Below are positions 1 to 9,637 of a stretch of DNA of 64,000 nucleotides, in pieces. Position 1 is the stretch's first letter, and each line of letters opens with the position of its first letter. The notes under the pieces are model-generated. The model saw only the letters and a list, made by a program, of their open reading frames with translations. It ran no database searches and was not told the origin of the DNA. The stretch comes from an uncultured bacterium (GTDB lineage Bacteria; Patescibacteriota; Minisyncoccia; UBA6257; 2-01-FULL-56-20), in NCBI GenBank assembly GCA_963807165.1, contig CAWDZM010000004.1:2670-66669 (forward strand), written 5' to 3'. The position numbers were made by a program, and so were the translations under genes.

Positions 1-168
1 AAAAAGGATCAATCAGAAGAAGGAATAAGATTGATTCAAACTGGCAACGTTGGCAATGGTTTTTTTAAGGATAGAGCAGAAAAAGCACGTTATATCTCCG
101 AGAAGACGTTTACGGGCAAGCCGAGGAAAAAGAGCAGGCCGGAAATATCATCAATCGGCGTTGTGTAG
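1..168 (+). pseudogene. Partial/truncated type I restriction-modification specificity subunit (HsdS TRD) fragment
   Basis: Frame 1 reads KKDQSEEGIRLIQTGNVGNGFFKDRAEKARYISEKTF, which resembles an HsdS target-recognition domain. Similarity appears to end at ~111, with a stop at 166-168. The 5' end lies outside the window. Confidence 0.55.
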
Positions 169-302
169 GGGAGAGTGATCGGGCCGTAATAGCTGAAGGA
201 TTGGATACGATATACGCCAAAAACGGCAAGACCGATTGCCCCGATGCCGCTCAAAAGAGCGCCATAGCGGAAGTGTTTTGAGGTAAAAAGATGATGCCAC
301 AT
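90..302 (-). CDS. Small membrane protein, possibly 3'-truncated
   Basis: 70-aa ORF with hydrophobic segments. It overlaps the HsdS-like fragment at the apparent junction. Confidence 0.45.
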   Translation of the reverse strand: MWHHLFTSKHFRYGALLSGIGAIGLAVFGVYRIQSFSYYGPITLPYTTPIDDISGLLFFLGLPVNVFSEI

Positions 303-483
303 AATGCCTTTATTTTAGCAGAAAATAAAATGGCGCCACTGTGTGCGCCGGTAATCTATAATACGCTTGGTAACGTGCGCCATAATCAGATGGCTGCGCG
401 TTCGCGCAAGCGTATTATAGCGGTTGCGGATACCAAAAGTCCAGCGGTTGCCGCCGAAGGGTAAAAGTTGTACAATCAAAGCA

Positions 484-1665
484 ATGAATATTAAGGGTCG
501 AGGGGGATCGGCGGCGCTCGTTATTGCATTAATCGCCGTGGTCGCTTTGGCGATCGCAGGAGGCGTCGCTTGGATGCATTATGATTATTTGCCACACACG
601 GCAGATGAACAGTCGGCATCTTCAACGGTGAATACCGCCAATACCACTAACGTTGGAATGACGGCAACTTCTACACCTGTTCTAGGCAAAATATCGCCAT
701 CAAGCGGGCCAGTGGGAACGGTCGTAACGTTAATGGGAACCGGCTTTACTTCTTCGACGATGAAAGTTATTGATAATAAAAATGCTCCTTCTTATAGCGT
801 TCAAGAGCCGGAACTTAATAGCATATCCTTCGGGAATGATTTGGTTGTCCCGTGGGCGGCCACTTCCACCGACGGCAACACATTAACCTTTACCGTTCCG
901 CAAGGATTTTCCGATCTCGCTAGATTTTGCGAACCAGATTATTCCTATTGCGCCACAGGAGCTCTCACGCATGCTACAGCATCGGGGACTTATCAAATTG
1001 CCGTTGAAAATGCGAACGGTACGAGTAATGCGCTCCCATTCACCATTACTTCGCCCTTCCCTGTAAATCCAGCGAGCGCATTATATGCCGTCTCAGACGT
1101 TGACCCGCCTCAATCTCCGGCAGATGGAATTTCAACCACAACGGTTAATGGCTTTTTTGGAAGCGATCCAATTATCAAATTAACTAATACTTCGAATATC
1201 AGCATCACGATCCAACCCGTCTCAACGAGCCCAGCTGCCGTTGTCTTTTCTGTTCCCGCCTCAACTCCTGCGGGTTATTATTATTTAACGGTATACTCAA
1301 AATCAGATCCAAAAAATATTAGCTCACCGGTCAATTTTTCTGTCCTTTCTACATCTCGCCCTTATATCACGGTTATATCACCCGTTTTTACAACATATTA
1401 CATCGGTAGCACCATGACAGTTCAGTGGAAAGGATCTGGCCTTTCTAAAGTTTCAGCAACTCTCGTGCCGCCATTAGGAATGAGCGGGCCCCAATATACT
1501 ATCTTTTCAAATATTAATGCCAGCGTTGGTTCATACACATGGACTATACCGAGTAATATTCCTACAGGGAATTATCAAGTCTCGATTAGTGATGGCGTAA
1601 TTAACAATTCGAGCGAATCCTTCACGATATTATCACAGGGGGAATCGCCGATGCAGGCTCCATAA
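484..1665 (+). CDS. Membrane-anchored surface protein with IPT/TIG Ig-like domains
   Basis: N-terminal TM (RGGSAALVIALIAVV), ISPSSGPVGTVVTLMGTGFT TIG motif, Ser/Thr-rich beta domains. ATG at 484 follows TACAAT. Confidence 0.75.
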   Translation: MNIKGRGGSAALVIALIAVVALAIAGGVAWMHYDYLPHTADEQSASSTVNTANTTNVGMTATSTPVLGKISPSSGPVGTVVTLMGTGFTSSTMKVIDNKNAPSYSVQEPELNSISFGNDLVVPWAATSTDGNTLTFTVPQGFSDLARFCEPDYSYCATGALTHATASGTYQIAVENANGTSNALPFTITSPFPVNPASALYAVSDVDPPQSPADGISTTTVNGFFGSDPIIKLTNTSNISITIQPVSTSPAAVVFSVPASTPAGYYYLTVYSKSDPKNISSPVNFSVLSTSRPYITVISPVFTTYYIGSTMTVQWKGSGLSKVSATLVPPLGMSGPQYTIFSNINASVGSYTWTIPSNIPTGNYQVSISDGVINNSSESFTILSQGESPMQAP

Positions 1666-1670
1666 AAAGA

Positions 1671-2318
1671 ATGGATGGATCAGCGATCTCACCTTCAATA
1701 GGTTATATTTTTGCAGGGGTTTATTTGCTTATTGGGGCAGTAATTTTATGGCGAGGATTTTATCAAAAGAATCCTGATTTTGCGATGAGTTTTTGGGATG
1801 TCGCCACACTCATATATGCCGGATTAGCAATTTCGGTATTTGTGCCATATCTCATTATTTTTGTTGCATTTTTTCTTTCGGCTTTTCTTTATGTTGTTCC
1901 GGTACCCTTTTATCTCATGCCGTCATCAACTGGTCTTACGGGACAAGAGGGTTTGAATAACGCTTTCAGTGGTGCGACGACTCTTGCCATAATCGCCACC
2001 GTCTTGGTTGTGTTTTCTTTTATCGCATTAAAAAAAGTTAGAAAAGAAAAATTGTGGTCAGTACCCCTCTTTATTATCGGAGGCTTTGCCGTTATTACGG
2101 CGATTATAAATTATTTTTATCTTTGCGGAGCTGAGGCTGCACAAAACTATCCTTTTCCAAAGGCATGCAGCCCGTGGATCATTTCCTTCAACACTGCTAG
2201 CTTAGTATTTGCTGGAGTATTATTTTTGAGCACCGTGATCATCTATCTTTATTCGCCTAAAAATAGTTCGATTATTACAGAAGAGAAAACACTAGATGCA
2301 CATCGCGTAGATCTTTAA
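1671..2318 (+). CDS. Hypothetical multi-pass membrane protein
   Basis: 215-aa ORF with about 5-6 hydrophobic helices. Confidence 0.7.
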   Translation: MDGSAISPSIGYIFAGVYLLIGAVILWRGFYQKNPDFAMSFWDVATLIYAGLAISVFVPYLIIFVAFFLSAFLYVVPVPFYLMPSSTGLTGQEGLNNAFSGATTLAIIATVLVVFSFIALKKVRKEKLWSVPLFIIGGFAVITAIINYFYLCGAEAAQNYPFPKACSPWIISFNTASLVFAGVLFLSTVIIYLYSPKNSSIITEEKTLDAHRVDL

Positions 2319-2452
2319 GAATGAGCCAATAATTAAGCATTTTGCAGCGCTACTAGGGTTCCAACTTCGTCCCACAACCGCAACACACAAGTCTATAAGT
2401 ATCGAGCTAAGCCCGACTCCCGTCAGGTGGTTTTTCGTGCTATCGTTGAGCT

Positions 2453-2881
2453 ATGAAAGAAACCGATCAAGATAAAAAGAGCACCGAAATGAGCACGAAA
2501 GCAACGCTTTCGATGCTTTGGATATTCTTACTTTTTAATTATATTTATTGCGATCTTTTCACTGCATTTGATCCTACGATACTGAAATCACTAGTAACGA
2601 CAGGATCTTCGGGTGGGTTTGAATTCACCCAGATTTTTTTATTTGGATTCTCCATAATCATGGAAATTCCAATTGCCATGGTCTTATTATCCCGCATATT
2701 GAAACCTAGAGCGAACCGTTGGGCGAATATCATTGCGGGTATAATAATGGCCGCTGTTCAAGTAGCTTCACTTTTTGGTTCGCCTACGATGTATTATATA
2801 TTTTTCAGTATTATAGAAATCGTCTGTCTTTTCTGGATTATTTGGTCTGCTTGGAAATGGCACGATCCTATCGATAGCTAG
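2453..2881 (+). CDS. Membrane protein, DUF6326-like
   Basis: LSMLWIFLLFNYIYCD...MEIPIAMVLLSRIL...NRWANIIAG pattern. Confidence 0.65.
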   Translation: MKETDQDKKSTEMSTKATLSMLWIFLLFNYIYCDLFTAFDPTILKSLVTTGSSGGFEFTQIFLFGFSIIMEIPIAMVLLSRILKPRANRWANIIAGIIMAAVQVASLFGSPTMYYIFFSIIEIVCLFWIIWSAWKWHDPIDS

Positions 2882-2953
2882 CGGCGCAGATATTTGTCTC
2901 CCAGTAGAGAAAAGAGTAGAGAGATTTGTTCGACTGGTTATGGAAAGAATTTT

Positions 2954-3922
2954 TTATCGTAGTCCCCAACTACACAAGGCAAAGAATGCTATTCCAACAA
3001 GCGTACTCCCGATAATAAGATATTCAGCCCGGCGGATTTGGCGGGGAGAAAGTGGAGTGGCGATCGCGCCGACGGGCGGGATGGTCGGCGTGGGGGATGG
3101 TGCGCCATTGAAAGAATTCATGCCGCCGAGGGTGACGCGAAGTGCCCCAGCGAACGCACAGATCCCGATGCCGCCATTCGGACTTTCGCCGGTCTGGCTA
3201 TATTTGAAAACAGTTCGCCATGCCGCCACTACGTCATAACGGAGTATCGCCGCGCCAACAAAGACAAACAGGAACGCGATACGCGCAGGAATATAATTCA
3301 AAACATCATCAAGTCGCGCGGCACACCAACCGAATTTGAGATAGCGTTCGGATTTATAGCCGATCATCGAATCGAGTGTGTTTGCAGTTTTATAAAGAAC
3401 GATACCGGGCATGCCGAAAAGAAATGCATAAAAAAGTGGCGCGATGACAGCATCATTCAAATTTTCGGAAAGCGATTCGATCGTGCCGCGGATGACGTCG
3501 GACTCGTGGAGTGTGTTGGTATCACGGCTCACAATCCATGAGAGATGTTTTCGCGCGGAGGCGATATTATTTTTTACCAAATCTTTTCGCACGCATTCGC
3601 CCGCATCAATGAGCGATCGGAACGCAAGACAAAAATAGATGATGATTGCGGCCCATATCCATCCGAGCATGGGCGCTACGTGAAAGAGCAAGAAAAAAAT
3701 GTCAGTCGTCACGCCCACCGTGATCGCGATCACGCCGATCACCAACACAACGCCGCCAAGCCGCTTTGGCAGGCGAGTATTATAGAGCGCGGCTTCTCCT
3801 TTCTTTATAATCCACCCAACAAAACGGATGGGGTGGTATTTTGTCTCCGGGTCGCCTATAATCACGTCCAGCATGAAAGCAGAAAGAATCAAGAGAATCG
3901 GAGGGAATAGGAAGTGGATCAT
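2954..3922 (-). CDS. cbiB: Adenosylcobinamide-phosphate synthase CbiB/CobD
   Basis: GDP..HP, IVSRDT, IESLSENLNDAVIAPLFY, YKTANTLDSMIGYK, AARLDDVLNYIPAR and SPNGG motifs. Confidence 0.92.
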   Translation of the reverse strand: MIHFLFPPILLILSAFMLDVIIGDPETKYHPIRFVGWIIKKGEAALYNTRLPKRLGGVVLVIGVIAITVGVTTDIFFLLFHVAPMLGWIWAAIIIYFCLAFRSLIDAGECVRKDLVKNNIASARKHLSWIVSRDTNTLHESDVIRGTIESLSENLNDAVIAPLFYAFLFGMPGIVLYKTANTLDSMIGYKSERYLKFGWCAARLDDVLNYIPARIAFLFVFVGAAILRYDVVAAWRTVFKYSQTGESPNGGIGICAFAGALRVTLGGMNSFNGAPSPTPTIPPVGAIATPLSPRQIRRAEYLIIGSTLVGIAFFALCSWGLR

Positions 3923-4585
3923 TTTTCTTCATTATCCGAGCAATGGCTGAAAAACGCCTTAATCATCGGTATTCCTGAAAGCGCATTTCCTTTTCCCCGT
4001 GCGGTTTCCTGGGCGGTGCACGGCGGCGGTTTTACCATTCCTCGCATTATCGTCAATCATAGCATTGACGCCAATGAGTGGGTAGAAGATTGGAGGGCCT
4101 ACGCGGCATCGTTCGTCGAAAAGGAGGGATTGCCGAAGGAGGGCGTTGTTATGCTGACGTCGGTTCCTCAGCGATTTCAAAGCAGCGTCGACCGGCATTC
4201 TATTACCAGCACATTTGCCGTACGAACCTATGCGACGGTTGGATTGGGCAATGCACTTGCCGCGGGGGATCCCGCCAACGGGATACCAAAGAAATTCGGC
4301 ACGATCAATCTGATCATCGTCGTGGCGGGTACACTTTCCGCGGAAGCCTGCCTTGAGTGCATCAGTATTGTAACGCAGGCAAAGACACGATTCCTTCGCG
4401 AGAAGGGTATTGTCAGTGTGGTCTCCGGGGAAATTGCAACAGGAACTGGAACAGATTGCGTCGCCGTTATTTCTCTCGGTGTCGGAGAAAATATCGATTA
4501 CGTTGGCAGCCACACGGAAGTTGGTTCACTTATCGCGCGTTCAGTGATGGATGCGATGAAAAAAAGCTTTAACCTCCGTTTTTAA
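3914..4585 (+). CDS. cbiZ: Adenosylcobinamide amidohydrolase CbiZ
   Basis: SWAVHGGG, ATVGLGNA, GTINLIIV, QAKT and ATGTGTDCVAV motifs. Confidence 0.85.
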   Translation: MDHFSSLSEQWLKNALIIGIPESAFPFPRAVSWAVHGGGFTIPRIIVNHSIDANEWVEDWRAYAASFVEKEGLPKEGVVMLTSVPQRFQSSVDRHSITSTFAVRTYATVGLGNALAAGDPANGIPKKFGTINLIIVVAGTLSAEACLECISIVTQAKTRFLREKGIVSVVSGEIATGTGTDCVAVISLGVGENIDYVGSHTEVGSLIARSVMDAMKKSFNLRF

Positions 4586-4692
4586 GGGTCTATGGGTAAC
4601 ACTCACGGACTCTTTTTATTTTGATTGGTATGTTGCGCACTTGCCACCTGCCTCATAAAGGAATATAAAAGTGATAGGAAGGAGATTTTTTT

Positions 4693-5268
4693 ATGAGGAT
4701 ATATCCCGGCTATTCCATCGAGCAGAATCCTGCGATCAACTGCCCACCGGAATTGTTCGGGCAATTGATTGCGATCCCCGTCCGGTTCGCAGCATTTTGG
4801 AGCGGAGTGAGAACGAGGGTCAGGGGCAAAGGCATCATCGAAGTACATCGCGATCTTGCCGATGACGTGGAGGAGCTCTTTCAGTTCATACTGGACGAGC
4901 AGTTTCCACTCTCATCCGTGATACCCATCGCCCGCTTTGATTGGAACGATGAACGCTCCATGTCGGCAAACAACACATCCGGATTCAACTGTCGAATGAT
5001 CGTCGGCACGAAACGATTGTCCAAGCACGCCTTCGGTCGCGCGATCGACATTAACCCATGGCTCAACCCGTGCATTCAGGACGGAATTGCACAACCTCTC
5101 GGAGCGGTCTACGATCCATCGCGTTCAGGAACGCTCACGGCGGATTCGCGCGTCACAAAATTCCTCAAGGCGCGTGGTTGGACCTGGGGAGGGGATTGGA
5201 CATCGCTCAAGGATTATCAACACTTTGAGAAACCAGAGCTACAACCAAACGAGGGTCTGTCGCAGTAA
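4693..5268 (+). CDS. M15-family peptidoglycan peptidase
   Basis: NNTSGFNCR, SKHAFGRAIDINP, WGGDW..KDYQHFE motifs. Confidence 0.88.
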   Translation: MRIYPGYSIEQNPAINCPPELFGQLIAIPVRFAAFWSGVRTRVRGKGIIEVHRDLADDVEELFQFILDEQFPLSSVIPIARFDWNDERSMSANNTSGFNCRMIVGTKRLSKHAFGRAIDINPWLNPCIQDGIAQPLGAVYDPSRSGTLTADSRVTKFLKARGWTWGGDWTSLKDYQHFEKPELQPNEGLSQ

Positions 5269-5349
5269 TGCGTAGGACCCCATTTTTTTAAAAATGACCG
5301 TCGCTGTAACTTTCTCTCACCGAAGACGGCATTATGTATATCCATTACT

Positions 5350-5784
5350 ATGAAATTTTTCATTGCCTCGCCGTGGCAAAACACGGATCTGGTGAAAAGC
5401 CTGTCAGTTGCCTTGACCACCCGCGACCACACGGTATATTCATTCCTCGATAACGGTGCCAATGTCGTTGGCGGCGCTCCTGCTATCGAAGAGTCCGAAG
5501 AAGATGTTCCGAACGCCATATCAAACTGGGAAAACAATCCGGCGGTCAAGGAGATTTTTGAATCCGATATGAAGGCATTAAAGGAAAGCGACGTGGTGAT
5601 TCTTTTGGAGCCATCGGGGCGGTCCTCCTTGGCAGAGGCGGGCATTGCATATGGAATGGGCAAAGAGATCGTACTCGTCGGCCGCGTCGCCCATCCTACC
5701 ATCGTCGTCTATAGCATCTGTAAAAATCGTTATGCAACCGTCGATGAATTTTTGGTAAGCCTTGGCAGTGTTGCGGCACAATAA
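5350..5784 (+). CDS. Nucleoside 2-deoxyribosyltransferase-like protein
   Basis: FIASPW start, DMKALKESDVVILLEPSGRSSLAEAGIAYGMGK. Confidence 0.7.
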   Translation: MKFFIASPWQNTDLVKSLSVALTTRDHTVYSFLDNGANVVGGAPAIEESEEDVPNAISNWENNPAVKEIFESDMKALKESDVVILLEPSGRSSLAEAGIAYGMGKEIVLVGRVAHPTIVVYSICKNRYATVDEFLVSLGSVAAQ

Positions 5785-5818
5785 ATCGCTGACTATAATA
5801 ATTTACATAAATAATCAC

Positions 5819-6858
5819 ATGATCAAAAAAATAATCTTCATCCAGATCTGCGCAGCGATGTTTGTGGTTCCTTTAGTATCTTTAGCAGCATCGGTGACGG
5901 CGGTGAGTGGCACTGCGGTTGGGTCGCTGCCGTGCTATCCGTTCAGCCATTCGCTTTCAGTTGGATCAACCGGCAGCGATGTCACGGCACTCCAGAATTT
6001 TCTTGCGGCGCAGGGAGATTTTAATGTTTCACCGACGGGTTACTTTGGGGTAATAACAAGGGCTGCGGTGGGTCGAGTGGCAGACGGCGAATGGCGTCGC
6101 GGCATCGGGCGCCGCCGGAAACGGTATCTTCGGTCCGTTGTCCCGTGCATATTTTGTGCGGTCGTGCGGAAATGGTGGTGGTAGTGGGGGCGGCGGAACG
6201 GGCGGCAGCAGCAGTACGGAAGTTTTTTCAGCCAATCCGCAAACGGGCATTGCGCCGCTCAGCTGTGCAATTCACTTCGACCGCACCGCAAGGAAGCGAT
6301 CTTGGGAGTTTGGTTAGCTTCGGTGACGGCGCGACGGGAACGCTTATGTTTGCTCCGGTATGTTCAAGTTGTAATGCGCTCGCCGTCGTTTCGCACACGT
6401 ATACCGCACCCGGCACCTATACCGCAACGTTGACCGACGGCGTCTGCGCTTGTCCTACGAACGGCATTTGCCATTGCCCCAACATGCAGATCCTTAGCAC
6501 GGCAACAGTTACCGTCAGACGTAACAAGCACTGCGCCGACATCCGACGCATCCAGCAATTGAACGCGCCTGGGAGCGTGACGCTCGCGCAGGGTGGCATC
6601 GCGGAGATCCGCAATGAAAGCACCTACTTTACTTTGCAAAGTGTTTCATCGTTATCGGCGACGATCCAGATCTCGCCGGTCGGATGCTGGAATTCGTTTC
6701 CGTCTGATCCGCTGCCAAGAGTTATTTGCATGATCGCCGTGGTTCGAATTCCGCCGCAGACGTTTACCGTGGGTCAAACGTACACTGGCGGAAATTATAT
6801 GATAACCCTTACACAATTGAGCGGCAGTACGGCAACGTTTTCGATAACGGCAAAATAA
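5819..6858 (+). CDS. Secreted peptidoglycan-binding plus PKD-domain protein (frameshifted in this sequence)
   Basis: LSVGSTGSDVTALQNFL..TGYFGVITRAAV continues as WQTANG..GIFGPLSRA after a shift at ~6075. PKD motif SFGDG..SHTYTAPGTYTATL lies in another frame. Confidence 0.7.
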
Positions 6859-6961
6859 AATAGATCGCGGCGATCAACTGGAGGGCACTCTCGGAAAATT
6901 GAAAATCCCTGCGATTTGTCATATAGTTATTTTGTTTTTCATACGCGCGATCGCGCGCAGC

Positions 6962-7033
6962 GCCGACGTAGCTCAGTGGTAGAGCAGGGCTTTCATAAGG
7001 CCAAGGTCGCAGGTTCGATCCCTGCCGTCGGCA
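6962..7033 (+). tRNA. tRNA with CAT anticodon (probably elongator Met; Ile2 not excluded)
   Basis: Acceptor GCCGACG/CGTCGGC, anticodon loop TTCATAA, T arm GCAGG-TTCGATC-CCTGC. CCA is not encoded. Confidence 0.9.
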
Positions 7034-7105
7034 CAACTGTTTCAAGTAGTGAAATAATTTGCATTTTATATCTCTGTTTGCTTAAATTTCAAAAGAGGGA
7101 GACCG

Positions 7106-7423
7106 ATGATTCTTCTTTTGTTGTTGTGTTCAGGTATTGGATATCTTGCGCGATATCTCTATCGGGAAGAGATAGGGATGCGTCGGTATCTATCGGCTCT
7201 TGAGAACCATAACGATATGTATTTTCTTTATCTCCAACTCTTCGATGATCCATTCATCTCTTCGGAGAAGTGGAGGACGTGGCTTCCGATATTTGAATAT
7301 GCTGACCGCTGCCTGATTGCTACCCATGCGGGTGTCAAGCTGGAAGGTCAGGAGATCTTCAACTTGGGTGAGGCCGTCAGAAAGCAGATCGACAATCTTC
7401 CCTGCGGGGACTCACTGGTTTAG
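7106..7423 (+). CDS. Hypothetical protein with N-terminal hydrophobic segment
   Basis: 105-aa ORF with GAGGGAG SD and a terminator hairpin at its end. Confidence 0.6.
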   Translation: MILLLLLCSGIGYLARYLYREEIGMRRYLSALENHNDMYFLYLQLFDDPFISSEKWRTWLPIFEYADRCLIATHAGVKLEGQEIFNLGEAVRKQIDNLPCGDSLV

Positions 7424-7437
7424 TGAGTCTTTTTTTA
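7410..7437 (+). terminator. Intrinsic terminator
   Basis: GACTCACT-GGTTT-AGTGAGTC followed by a T-run. Confidence 0.7.
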
Positions 7438-7491
7438 TGCGGGTAGCGGATGATTGCTCTGTGTCGCCCTTTTTGATACCATCACTATTAT

Positions 7492-8628
7492 ATGGAATAT
7501 GTGATTTCGACGGAGGAACAGAAGAAGATTTTGGCAACGGTAGATGCCCGCACGGATGCGGAGGCCCAGCGCATCAAGCGCTATCTTGCGATGCCGGATC
7601 TTTCGCGCACACCGGGCAGCCCGATCCATGAGATCGTGGCTCGGATCCTTGCGAGCGATTATTTCAAAGGACTCGATACGATAGAGACCCCGGAGATTGT
7701 TCCGGCAGACATTAGTTTCGACCTTTTTGATTTTCCTGCGGATCATCCTGCCAGGAGCAAGTCCGATACGTATTACGCCGACGACAAAAACATCCTTCGG
7801 ACCCACACCACGGTCATGTGGTATTACTATCTCAATCAGAGTGGCGTCAAGGAACGCATCGCGGAAAATAAACCCATCGGCGCTTTCAGCTTCGGCAAAG
7901 TGTACCGCAAGGATGAGATCGATCGGCGGCACATGAATGTGTTCCATCAGATCGATGGCTGGTATTTGGCGCCGAAGGCCGTGAGGACGATCGGTCAGGC
8001 GGACTTGGAGGAAGCGTTGAAGACCATCGCTCATGCCGTGTTCGGACCCGATGTGAAATATCGTTTGAATAAAGATACGTTCCCATACACAGATCCCAGT
8101 TTGGAAATGGAAGTAGAGGTTGATGGGAAATGGGTTGAGGTGCTCGGCTGCGGCGTGGTCAAGGGAAGTGTTTTGAAAAAGCTTGGCGTTGATCCGGATA
8201 ACTATACCGGTTGGGCGTTCGGGTTCGGCATCGAGCGGCTCGCTATTGTCAGCATGGAACTTCCGGACATCCGATTGCTATGGTCCGACGATCCGCGCGT
8301 GAAGAAGCAGCTCCGTCTCGGCACAAAGTTCGTGGAGGTCAGCAAATATCCGCCTATCATCCGCGACATTTCGTTCATCGTGCCGAAGACATTTGCGCCG
8401 AACGATTACTTTGATCTCGTGCGCGACATTGCGGGCGATCTTGTGGAGCAGGTGGAACTTATCGATGAATATGCGAATGACGCAAAGTTTGGCGCGGAAA
8501 AAAAGAGCTACGCGTATCGCATCACATACCGCTCAAGCGACCGCACTTTGACGAATGAGGAAGTGGACGTGTTGCACAAGAAGATAGAGGAGGGGACGGT
8601 GAAGGAATTCGGCGCGGTAGTGCGGTAG
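7492..8628 (+). CDS. pheS: Phenylalanine--tRNA ligase, single-chain mitochondrial type (catalytic domain plus C-terminal FDX anticodon-binding domain)
   Basis: HPARSKSDTYY, LRTHTT, YRKDEID..H..FHQ, FPYTDPSLE, GWAFGFGIERLA, then SKYPPIIRDISF...YRITYRS.DRTLTNEEV. Confidence 0.9.
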   Translation: MEYVISTEEQKKILATVDARTDAEAQRIKRYLAMPDLSRTPGSPIHEIVARILASDYFKGLDTIETPEIVPADISFDLFDFPADHPARSKSDTYYADDKNILRTHTTVMWYYYLNQSGVKERIAENKPIGAFSFGKVYRKDEIDRRHMNVFHQIDGWYLAPKAVRTIGQADLEEALKTIAHAVFGPDVKYRLNKDTFPYTDPSLEMEVEVDGKWVEVLGCGVVKGSVLKKLGVDPDNYTGWAFGFGIERLAIVSMELPDIRLLWSDDPRVKKQLRLGTKFVEVSKYPPIIRDISFIVPKTFAPNDYFDLVRDIAGDLVEQVELIDEYANDAKFGAEKKSYAYRITYRSSDRTLTNEEVDVLHKKIEEGTVKEFGAVVR

Positions 8629-8703
8629 GGCAGTATTCTGTTGCTGTTCCCACAGCCGCATGCTATAAGAAAAATAGTATCCTGCGAAAGCGAGGTGGTG
8701 GAA

Positions 8704-9564
8704 ATGAAAAGGGAAGCAAAGAGGCCGGTCATTGGTTGGGCGGCCCGTGCAGCCTTCCCGGTGCCATTGCCGCCTTTAACATGGGAGAATCGTGACTATC
8801 ATCTGAAGTCGGTGCTGCGTTGGGGAGCTTGGCCGGTGATGTTCTATCGCACCAATCTTTTCATTCATGAAAAACGGGTGAAGGCTTTGGCCATGAGGAA
8901 GGAATTTCTTTCTCTGGTTATGGAGCTTTATCCGGACTTCGATCCACGAAAAGCGTTTGCGTGCGCCGCTTATCATGATGATCTTGAACTGATCCCGAAG
9001 CTGGGGGATGTTTGTCTTCGCATCAAACTGATGATGAACGCGGAACAACTTTCGGAGCTCCAAAAAAAGGAAGTCCTCGCGGTCGAAGAGATCTGTCAAC
9101 GCTATGCCACGCGCGGTCGGCAACGGATGGTCGATGGATATCCTATTCGTGATCTTCTCATGCATGCCGTTCTCAAAGATTGCATGGAGTCCCAGTATGT
9201 TTCCGTGATCGACAAGATGGTGGACGGTTTCTGTGAGGCGTTGCACGATGCGCTTGCAGGGAACGCCGTGTTCACGGAAGGAGTGTACAACTACCTCACC
9301 CAGACGTGGAGCAAACTTCCGGAGAAATATCCTCTCATCGGGAAGATGTTTTCCGATCCGCGGAATCCGTTTGCGATGCCGACGTGCGATTTCCACTTGC
9401 TGTTCGACGGTGGGCGGCGACCTCCTCGGCCTCATGCTCCTGAAACGGTGGCAATCCCGACAGGAATCTCGATCTACGAACTATGGAAGCAGGTCACGAT
9501 CAATCTTTTTGGTATGGGTCCGTTGATTGATCAGACGGAACACTATCCAGTGGAAGATAAATGA
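8704..9564 (+). CDS. HD-domain phosphohydrolase (YfbR-like)
   Basis: LKSVLRW...H...AYHDDLE..GD...DKMVDG. GAGGTGG SD upstream. Confidence 0.6.
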   Translation: MKREAKRPVIGWAARAAFPVPLPPLTWENRDYHLKSVLRWGAWPVMFYRTNLFIHEKRVKALAMRKEFLSLVMELYPDFDPRKAFACAAYHDDLELIPKLGDVCLRIKLMMNAEQLSELQKKEVLAVEEICQRYATRGRQRMVDGYPIRDLLMHAVLKDCMESQYVSVIDKMVDGFCEALHDALAGNAVFTEGVYNYLTQTWSKLPEKYPLIGKMFSDPRNPFAMPTCDFHLLFDGGRRPPRPHAPETVAIPTGISIYELWKQVTINLFGMGPLIDQTEHYPVEDK

Positions 9565-9637
9565 TGTTTGACGGCCGGAGCGATGGGTATCGCTGCGGCC
9601 GTTTTTTTATTTTCCTGAATCGCATACAATGAAATCA

